Positions 9,006 to 18,800 of a stretch of DNA of 43,583 nucleotides are shown here, piece after piece. The stretch is from the IMG/VR virus record IMGVR_UViG_3300024344_000036, positions 1-43,583 of that record; one strand, given 5' to 3'. The notes beneath the pieces are model-generated. The model ran no database searches. It had not been told where the DNA came from and saw only the letters and a program-made list of their open reading frames with translations. The DNA comes from a virus (lineage: Duplodnaviria; Caudoviricetes). The first letter of the stretch is position 1. Every line of letters begins with the position of its first letter. A program made the translations under genes and the position numbers.

Positions 9006-10832
9006 ATGGCATCAGGAGTAGAAATGTTAGGGCAAATGTCCGAGACTGAAGCATTAGCAGGACCAGTATCAGGCGGAAATATGGTTGTAAAACCTAATGA
9101 AGTACCTGTGGGTGGTGCGGCTATGTTAGCAAAAGCTTTACGTGGACAAGCAAACAAAGGTATAGGGGGCATCTATGAGCTACCTAGCCAGAAAGCGCCG
9201 ACACCAGAGTTTATGCAAATGGCAAAAGCAGGATTAAGACAAGGCGATATGCTTAGAGGTATGGGTCCGAGAAAAGGATTAACACCATATGATATTGCTA
9301 ATATGGAAGGAGCAGTTGAACAAGCTGGTGTAATTAATTTCTTAGGTGATCAACCTGAAGTTACTGTTCCAATAAGATCAAAGTCACACGCGGATGCACC
9401 TTCAACACAACTAGCATATATTACAGATGCAGAGAAACAAATGTTACTTAATGCTAACATGCATGGTTCATTAGAAGGCAATCAACCTAACCAAGGCCCA
9501 GGTGGTATACAAAGTTTAGATGACTGGTCTACTTCAACTGACGATAAAGGTAACACCACAGTAAGTGGTGGTAGCACAGCTAACGAAGGAGCTGGTGGTA
9601 ATTATAGTGGTAGCTATGGAGATGATCAAGGAGTAACAATAGACACGTCCACTCAAGCAGGACAAGATAAGAGACAAGAATTTAGAGATAGAACAGGTTC
9701 AGATGTAGTTACTGAAGCTGAGATAGCAGGAAGAGAAGCTTTAGGTAGAGACCCAGCAGATACTTCAGCACCTCCTGGAGGAATTGTAACTACTAATAAA
9801 AAAGATAAAGATGAAGCAACTAAAATTTTAGATGATGCGGCGGCAAGTGGTGATGAAAATGAAATAACTAAAGCATTAAATACTGTAGCAACTATGGGTG
9901 TTGATTTAGCAACTTTAGGATCTAGAGTTGCAAAAGGTACTGTTAATATATTTAAAGATTTAGGATTAGGAGATGTTTTTGGTTTTGGTGATGACGATAA
10001 GAAAGATAAAGATGAAAAAGAAAAAGGTAGTTTTCTAGATAAGATATTATCAGGTGGTGCCTTTGGTACTCTTATGGATAAAATATCTAAACCTACTGAA
10101 GAAAGTTTTACAGATGATAACTACAAAGCTATTATGAAAAACAAATACTTTAATGAGGATGGTACTTTTAAAGGAGACACTGAAAGAGAACGAAATTTAA
10201 TGAAAGATGACTTTGATAGATTTACTAAAGAGTATAGTGATTTACTTCCAGGAGATACAGGTAACCCTAACGAAATGAGAACTATGAAAGATGTAATAAT
10301 GTCAGGTAAAGTTCCTGAAGGTTCTGATTTAGAAAGAAGATTAAATCCTGATAAGTATTGGAGTGAAAACAAACCTGTGTCATCTTTAGACTTTAAAGAT
10401 ATGGCGGAAGCACAAGCTCAAGGTAAACTTGCATTTACTAAAGCTAACACACAAGCTATTCAACAAGGTAGAGAATTACTAGCTCAAGAAAGAGGGGGTA
10501 ATCAAAACAATCGCCCAAGATTCATGCAGGAAACACAAGAAGAAGTTGTTGAAACTCCAGATGGTGTAATAGATGAAGAAGCACAGACTATGAAGTATAC
10601 TAGTCCACGTACAGGTGATAAAGAAATAGATGTGCCATTACAAAGAAGATTTAGAACTGATCCTACTCAAGACGTAGCTCAGTATAGAACAGCCCCTAGA
10701 ACAGAATCAGACATACTTAAGTATATGACAGAGGGCACAACAGGTGAAGGTATTGGATTAGAACCTTTCAGCGAATATCAACGAAGAAGAAGAAAGGCTA
10801 TGGGATTAGATCCTTTAGAATTGTACGGTTAA
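9006..10832 (+). CDS. Probable internal virion/ejection protein
   Basis: 608 aa, G/D/E-rich and low complexity; LAYIT.AE..ML motif; position. Confidence 0.55.
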   Translation: MASGVEMLGQMSETEALAGPVSGGNMVVKPNEVPVGGAAMLAKALRGQANKGIGGIYELPSQKAPTPEFMQMAKAGLRQGDMLRGMGPRKGLTPYDIANMEGAVEQAGVINFLGDQPEVTVPIRSKSHADAPSTQLAYITDAEKQMLLNANMHGSLEGNQPNQGPGGIQSLDDWSTSTDDKGNTTVSGGSTANEGAGGNYSGSYGDDQGVTIDTSTQAGQDKRQEFRDRTGSDVVTEAEIAGREALGRDPADTSAPPGGIVTTNKKDKDEATKILDDAAASGDENEITKALNTVATMGVDLATLGSRVAKGTVNIFKDLGLGDVFGFGDDDKKDKDEKEKGSFLDKILSGGAFGTLMDKISKPTEESFTDDNYKAIMKNKYFNEDGTFKGDTERERNLMKDDFDRFTKEYSDLLPGDTGNPNEMRTMKDVIMSGKVPEGSDLERRLNPDKYWSENKPVSSLDFKDMAEAQAQGKLAFTKANTQAIQQGRELLAQERGGNQNNRPRFMQETQEEVVETPDGVIDEEAQTMKYTSPRTGDKEIDVPLQRRFRTDPTQDVAQYRTAPRTESDILKYMTEGTTGEGIGLEPFSEYQRRRRKAMGLDPLELYG

Positions 10833-10834
10833 TT

Positions 10835-11716
10835 ATGGCACTATTTGATTTTTTATTTAAACCAGGCTCACCAGAAATGATGCCTACGGAGTCAACTCAA
10901 CTACCTGATTACTTAAAGAAAGCAGGAGCAAATATGGTTGGGGCTGCAATGGATGTAGCTGGTGAAGACTATATACCTTATACAGATCCACGTATAGCAG
11001 GCTTTAATCAAGCGCAATTAGATGCTATGCAACAAGGTCTTGGTATGGGTGGCATTAGTACACTCCAAGGACAGCAAGCTTACAACACGGCAACAGGAGC
11101 GGCGGGCGGACCTACTCAAGCGCAAATAACAGGATACATGAATCCTTATATGACGCAAGTAGCAGATATAGCGGCTCAAAAAATGAAAGATGAGTCTGCA
11201 ATACAACAACAAAAACTAGCGGCAAGTGCGGCTCAATCAGGTGGATTAGATTCTACGAGATTTGCTATACAAGAAGCTGAAAGACAAAAGAATTTAACAT
11301 CAGGTATTGGTGACTTGTATGCTAAAGCACAGGCGGAAGCATATAAACAAGGAGTTGATACTTCTAAATTTGCTCAAGAGCAACAGCTAAAGGGGGCAAT
11401 TGGTATGGGCACACTAGCACAGCAACAACAGAACTTAGGTTTTGGTGACGTACAAAATCAATTAGGTATAGGACAGTTGGCTCAAGGTCAAAACCAAAGA
11501 GCATTAGACTTAGCTTATCAGAACTTCCAAGAAGAGAAGATGTATCCTAAAGATCAACTTAACTTCTTAAGTGGTATTCTATCAGCTGATCCAAATCAAA
11601 AAGCAACAACAACTAACACAGCTGTTTCACAACCTAGCTTCTTTGAATCTGCATTAGGATTTGGAGCAAGTGCGGCAAACATTGCGGCTGGCTTAGGCTG
11701 GAAACCTTTCGGATAA
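10835..11716 (+). CDS. Probable DNA-ejection (pilot) protein
   Basis: Q/A/G-rich helical sequence, YMNPY motif, hydrophobic Gly-rich C-terminus. Confidence 0.6.
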   Translation: MALFDFLFKPGSPEMMPTESTQLPDYLKKAGANMVGAAMDVAGEDYIPYTDPRIAGFNQAQLDAMQQGLGMGGISTLQGQQAYNTATGAAGGPTQAQITGYMNPYMTQVADIAAQKMKDESAIQQQKLAASAAQSGGLDSTRFAIQEAERQKNLTSGIGDLYAKAQAEAYKQGVDTSKFAQEQQLKGAIGMGTLAQQQQNLGFGDVQNQLGIGQLAQGQNQRALDLAYQNFQEEKMYPKDQLNFLSGILSADPNQKATTTNTAVSQPSFFESALGFGASAANIAAGLGWKPFG

Positions 11717-11719
11717 TAT

Positions 11720-12769
11720 ATGGCAGATTCAATTATAGATAAATTAGGTATTAAACATAGCAAAGAAAATTGGAAAAATCCAGAAGTTACAGGATCTAAT
11801 CCTTTTCTTTATGCTGATGATTTAAATTTACAAGGTTGGAAGGATTGGTTTAACGAAACTGTAGTAGGTACTGAAAGCTACGAGTACAAAGGTTTACCAG
11901 AAAATGCTACGTATAAAGATTATATGTTTGAATTAGCAAAATCTAGAGAACCTAGTAGATATAATCTAGGTAAAGTAGATGAGTCACAATCTCAAAAAAT
12001 CCTAGCTGATATAGAGAAATTATTTCCTAATCGTGGTAAAGATGATAACGCTAGTATGCGTGGACGTCCTAACATGATGGAAGTTGCTGGTGATAAAGAA
12101 GGTATAGAAAACAAGACAGCTTTAACTCGTGGTTTGTTAACTGCTACAGAAATTGAACAAGCGGAACGAGATAAAAAATTAGAAGAAGAAGCAGCTTTTA
12201 GAGATACACCTAGAGGAAGAATGCAAACTATGTTTAACGACGCAGATAAACGTGACGCTATACTCGGTGGCATTGCTGATGCTATGTTAGAAACTAGAAC
12301 AGGGGCAGATGCATACGGTAATAGATTTGCTAGAGCACAAAGAAATGTTAGAGATAATTTAAAAGTAGCAGAAGCTACAGATATAGCTAGACAAAAAGCC
12401 CAACTCGATGCTATGAAAACTATGGCAGAAACAAACAAATTAATTGATCCAAGACAATATATGACAGACGCACAAGCAGAAGCGTCTAGTATTATCAGAG
12501 CACAAATACGTGCAGGAAAGATTAAAGCGGAAGATTATGATACAGAATACGCTAAAATGTTAAAACAAATTGCGGTTAAAGATTTAACCTCAGCTAAAGC
12601 TAGTTCTATAAGTACATTGTTTACTTATGCACAAGCTTTACAAGCAACTGATCCCGTAACAGCAGGAATATTAATGGATGCAATTAAATCAAACGCAATC
12701 TATTTAGCTGGTGACGGTTCTAGTGGAGAAGTAATAACAGAAGAGATAGACGCAACAACATTAAAATAA
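11720..12769 (+). CDS. Probable internal virion protein
   Basis: 349-aa helical protein between ejection-type genes. Confidence 0.5.
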   Translation: MADSIIDKLGIKHSKENWKNPEVTGSNPFLYADDLNLQGWKDWFNETVVGTESYEYKGLPENATYKDYMFELAKSREPSRYNLGKVDESQSQKILADIEKLFPNRGKDDNASMRGRPNMMEVAGDKEGIENKTALTRGLLTATEIEQAERDKKLEEEAAFRDTPRGRMQTMFNDADKRDAILGGIADAMLETRTGADAYGNRFARAQRNVRDNLKVAEATDIARQKAQLDAMKTMAETNKLIDPRQYMTDAQAEASSIIRAQIRAGKIKAEDYDTEYAKMLKQIAVKDLTSAKASSISTLFTYAQALQATDPVTAGILMDAIKSNAIYLAGDGSSGEVITEEIDATTLK

Positions 12770-12809
12770 CCCTAAGAGTTAACGCTCTGAATACTAAGTA
12801 AGGTAACGA

Positions 12810-15800
12810 ATGACACAAGTAAAGTATATTACATTTGGTGACTCAGGTGCACCACGAATAAAAGTAGACGCTTCATTATCCAATGAAGAAATAAAAGATC
12901 TCCTAAAAAGTGAAAAGATAGAAACCGCTATGGCGGAGAAAGGCTTTGCTTATAAGTTTGGCCTAGACCCTGTCTATTTATTAGACGAAGATAATCTCAA
13001 TGATAATGCATTTGTAGCAGGCGCTAAGTCTTCTATAGATACCTTGAAACAAATAGGTCAAGGTGCTATGGCTACAATCTATGATGCATTCGGTGCAGAG
13101 ACTTTACAACAACAAGCAATAGAAGCAGTCAAGCAATATCAACTAGATCAAACTGCACATCAATGGCGTAGAGGTGCAGGCGGTGAAGTTAAACCTAGAT
13201 TTCAATCTCTCGAACAAGTATTTGAAAGTGAACAAGAGTTCAGTGCATTCTTAGAATGGGCTGGTGCTAAGCTGGGTGAAGGTTTAGTAACAACTATTCC
13301 ATTTGTATTGGCTGGTATAGTAACAGGTGGTGTAGGAGCTGGAGCAATCGGTGCTGGTCTTATAGCAAAACAAGCTGGTACAAGTGCATTACGTCAAGCA
13401 TTTACTCAAGGATTAATTGGACAAACAGGTAAAGGTATAATAGGTGGTGCTCTTAATAGAGCTACTACTATGTCTGGTCTTGGATTCATGGCGGCAGGTT
13501 ACGGCTTTGGTGCTGGTGATACGTATGTAAACCAATTAGCAGAATCAGATGATCCTAATGTAGCAATTGCATTAGCCGCAGGTATACCATACGCGGCGGC
13601 AGAAGGTGCATTCGGTGCTGGTAATTTATTATTAGATACACTGATTAGAAAGACATCACCTACCGCAGTCAAGGGGGCACTTGAAAAGATAATAAAAGAT
13701 GGTGGAAAATATTCAATAAATAAAACAATTAAAGGTGCAGCTAGGGGTGACAGATTAAAAGCTTTAGGTAAAGGCATTGGTGTTTCATCAGCGGGTGAAG
13801 CAACGGCGGAATCAATCCAAGAAGCAGTAACTTCTACAGGTCAAGAGATTGAAAGCGGTAGATCATTAAGTGAGATGTATTCTAGTGCAGATTTTTGGAA
13901 AGGTATTGGAGAAGCGGCGGCGGCTGGTGCTGTAGGTGGTGGTCCGTTTGGTGTAGTGGGTGGTACAGCTCAAGCATTAAGAGTAGGACCTAGCGTAGAT
14001 ATAACTATAGATGCTGGTGGTGAACGTGTTATAGTGCCAATTGTTAATAGTGACATAAGAAATAATGAAAGTTTATATGATAGTTTTGTAGTAGGAGATA
14101 CAGTAACATTAACAGGTGCTCCTGTTTCAGAAATAATAGCTGGCCCAACTCAACAACCAAGTAACGAAAGCTTTGATCAAGGTGATCCTACTAATAATCC
14201 AACGCCTATCTATACTGTAATAGGTGATACTAAAATAGGTAATGAAGAATTTATTTTACTTGAAGGTACTAGTGGTAAAGCAGATGTATTTGTACCAGCG
14301 GGTAGAAAAAACTCTATACTAAGATTAGATAATGGTACTATTAATAATAACAAGTTTAATAACAGTGCAGGATTTAATTATGATCAAGAAGAATCACAAG
14401 ATGTAAACTTAGATGCTAAAGAAGTTCAAGAGTCATGGGCAAAAAATAAAAAATCTTGGAAGCAAAAAGGATACGTAGCTACTGATACTGATAAAGCAGT
14501 TGATGAATACTTAGCTCAAGAAAAAGAAGAATGGGTAGCCGACAATACAGCTACATTAATAAATCAAAGAGAAGAACAAAGAAATCAAGAAACTTTATAT
14601 ACTATATGGGATGAGAATCATAGAGTTAGACAACCTAGATTTGCTATGTTCTATGAAGATGGTGACTGGGAAAATGGAGCAGAGTTACCTAAAGAAGAAG
14701 CAATAGGAACTGTCGATGGATTTTACAGTAAGTATGATGCTATAGCAGATGAAGATTTAAAAGATGCTTTTGAGAATGAAGGTTGGCAACAACAAAGATA
14801 TAATACACTACAAGAATATGTAGAGAATGAAGGTAATCAGTTAACAAAAGATGAGCGAAATGAATTAAATGAACTAGGATACAATGGAGAATTTGGTCAG
14901 TCATATATACAAGACTTAGTAGATGATACTACAGTTATCGGTAATAGTAAATTAACTAGAGGACGTAGAAGATTAGAACAAATACTAAATGATAAAGTTA
15001 GATTTGAAACTGAAACAAAAGGTATAAGAGAACGTAAAGAAAAAATAATAACAGGTGAAAATATTATTGAACCTTTAACACCTGAAGAAAGACAATCTCA
15101 ATTAGGTGAAGGTATCTTTGACACACCAGTAGGTGATAGAGTTAGACAAATAAGAGAGTTATTACATTTACTTGATCCAAAAGGATGGTCTTGGATAACA
15201 GGATTAGAACGTAAACAACTAGCACAATTAAAAAGAGAAAAGTCAGCTTACTTATTATCTAACGATATGACTAAAGCTAATGCTACTCAAAGACAAATTG
15301 ATAGAATTAAAAGAAAAGCTCATGTCATTATGCACAATGGTAAGATTGTAGGTACGTACAGTCCTGTAGCTAGACGTGTAGCGTTAGAAGAAATACAAAG
15401 ATTAACTGACCCTGAGGAAATAGCAATATATGAAACTCATGTATCTAATATAGATAAAGGACGTGTAAGATTAAATGAATTGTTAATGACATTTAATGAA
15501 GAACCCGTGCTATCTACAGAATGGGGTACGTTAACTACAAGAGATGCAAGATTAAAAAGAATTGAAAAGAAAACAAGAAACTTTTCTTTCTCTGAACCTA
15601 CATCATATATACGTAAGTATGAACTATGGGCTAAGAATGCAGGTGAACCTAGGTTACAAGATGACTTTGCTGACAATGCTCCTAAAGTTTTAGAGACTAT
15701 GAAGCAGATTATATCTGGTATGAACTTAGATGTTAAAATAGATTTACTACCTTGGATAGAACAAGATGGTCAAGCATTGGCTGGTAAATTTATCTTGGGC

Positions 15801-18800
15801 GAGAGAGGTGTACAGGTAGCATACAATGCAGTACCACAACTTAGACCTAACTTAAATAGAAATGATTCTCTTAACTACGTGTTACATCATGAGGTTATGC
15901 ACTTACTTAGAACAGAAGGATTCTTTACAAAGAATGAATACTTAGCTTTAGAAGAAGCTGCAAAAGATAGATGGATTAAACAATATAAAATAGCAGAGCG
16001 TCATCCAGAATTAGATAGAGCTACACAAATAGAAGAAGCTATCTCTGATGCTTTTGCTGAATACATGACAGGCAGATACCAAACTGGTGGACCAATCGCT
16101 AAAGCATTTAATAGACTTAAACAATACTTAATAGCATTAGGTAATGCATTAACAGGTAACAGATTTGATACAGCTGCTAATATATTTAACGCAATAGATT
16201 TAGGATTAGTGGGGGCACGTTACGAAAGCATGCAACGTACAACTAATGTATATTTAACAGGCGATAATGCAACAAGTATTATAGTTAAAAATCCGTACAG
16301 TGGAGCAGACATAAGAGGATTCGTTCCTAAGACTAGAGCTTTATTTACAAAACAACCTAACATAACTAATGTTAAACAATTCTTTAAATGGTTTAATAGT
16401 GGTGGCAGACCTAGTGCAATCGTTGACACAAAAGGTGCCCCCTTGATTGTATACCATATCACTCTTGATACAAGAGATTCACAACCCAAACCTGTAAATG
16501 TTAAACTATGGCAGACAGGATTACAAGAATTTTCTAGTGCTGATACTTCAATTAATCAAGTTAGACTTCCTGCAGCTTTTAATAAATTAGCTAGAGAAGA
16601 AGTATGGTTAGATTTTTTTGATGAAGGTGGAATAAACTTTGATATTGGTGGTGGAAGATTTGATAATGCTACAAATTTTTTAGAAGATTATAATGTTACA
16701 AACATTGTATATGATCCTTTTAATAGAAGTGATGAGCATAATAAAAATGCTGTACAAAAAGGAGCTGATGGCAAAGCTGATACTGTAACTATTAATAATG
16801 TATTAAATGTTATACAAGAAGAAGCAAATCAAATGCAAACTTTAGAACAAGCATATAATGCTTTAAAGGTTGGAGGTGTAGCTTACATAAGTGTATACGA
16901 AGGAAACAAAACTGGACAAGGTAAACAAACTTCTAAAGGATGGCAAAATAATAAATCATTAAATGAGTATGTACCTTTAGTTAGAAAAGTATTTGGTAAA
17001 AATAATGTAATAGTAAAGAATGGAATTATAAGAGTAACTAAAACAAATGATAGAGCACCAAGACAACTAGTTCCTTTCACTACTTTTAGAGAAACAGCAG
17101 ACTTTGGTTATCATTTTACTCCTGATCAAAATGTTATAGATTACTTTAAAGAGAACCAATATTCTGGAGGAAATGATTTTGTTTTTAAAGGATTCTTAAA
17201 TATAAAAAATCCGTATCGTATGCCTGATATGTTATCATGGGATGAAAATGATATGATAGCGTATATGCTAGAAGATGGAATAATTTCTGAAAGAGAATCT
17301 ATTACCATGCGATCACAAATAGATAGTATACCTTTTCCGTTTGATGACGAAGGTAATATGATTAGTGAAGTTAGAGAACAACCAAGACAAGCAAGTTATA
17401 ATATTATTCTTAGAAAATTAAAAGATAAAGGTTATGATGGTGTAGTATACAAGAACATAGGTGAAGATAAATATAAAGCTTTAAGAAGTAAAGCACAAAA
17501 AGATAATACTTTACTTACTGATGAAGAAATTAAATTATTATTAGACAATCCTGTACAAGATTCTTTTGTAGCATTTGAACCACAACAATTTAAATCTGTA
17601 TACAATGACGGGACGTATGGTATACGTCAACCGAACATGATGGCTATGAATCAATGGCAACCTGTACCTGGCGAAAAACCAGTTGATAGGTACAAGCCTA
17701 TGAACAGGCAACAAAGACGTGCCCTTAATGCTAAGATGGGCAAGGCTATGGATGAAGAAGTTAAGCTTTATGATAAAGATACTACAACTCTTACACCAAA
17801 TAAACTTAGCAAGTTTAGTAGAATAGCTGGATTTATTAGAGAGTGGGCTAAAGACAATGCATTCTTTGAAAGAGTATGGCGTGTCGTAGAAGACATGACT
17901 ATTAGAGCTAAAAGAATACAAGCTAACTACCAACGTATATTAAATAATTATAATAGAATAATTCAAGATGATGTACTTCGTGAACTTATATATAGAGCAC
18001 AAGCTATCTCTACTTATTATCCTGATCAAAGATTTACAATGGACACAGAAGGTAGAATAATTTTCCGCGCACCTATGGATGCTAGTCCTGCTAACAGCCC
18101 TGAAGGATTAGAAATATCTCCTGGCGAAGTTATTATATTAGAAGGTGATGCGGCTCAAGCTTATATGGATTATCAAAGAGCTATGATGTACATGGCTAAA
18201 GAGCAAGTAAGAGGTATGATAGCTGGTGGTTATGTAGAACAAATAAAATCTGCTATTAATAAATTAAATTTTCACAAAGGTGTAGCCTTATCAGAAGCAT
18301 ATGTACCTAACTTCCCACCTGACATGACTAATGAAATGATTGAGAACATGGAGTATGGTGAAGTAATACAATTAGTAAAAGGTTTAAGAAGATTATTAGA
18401 AAATAGTGATGCAGAATTTGTAGACAGATCAGCATTAACTCCAATTGAAATAGCAGAAATACAAAGTTTATTAGGTATAGATAATAATGAAGTAGTAACT
18501 GACAGAGCACAAGTAGGTTTAGTTAAACTAGCCGCACAACTTAAAAAGTTTGAAGACTTTAAACGAGCAGACTATGTACCTCTTATGAGATACGGTAAAT
18601 TTGTTGTAAGTATTGTAGATAAAAATCAAGAGCAATATAATAAAGCTGAGGCTACAGACAAGGGGGCATTTAAATATAAAGGTAAGTATGTAACTTTAAA
18701 TCCTAAGTACTTGTTACGTCGTCAGCATTACGAAACTAAAAAAGAGGCGGATGAAGCTAGAGCAAGATTTACTAGTCAGTACAGAGAAGATGTAGGTGTA

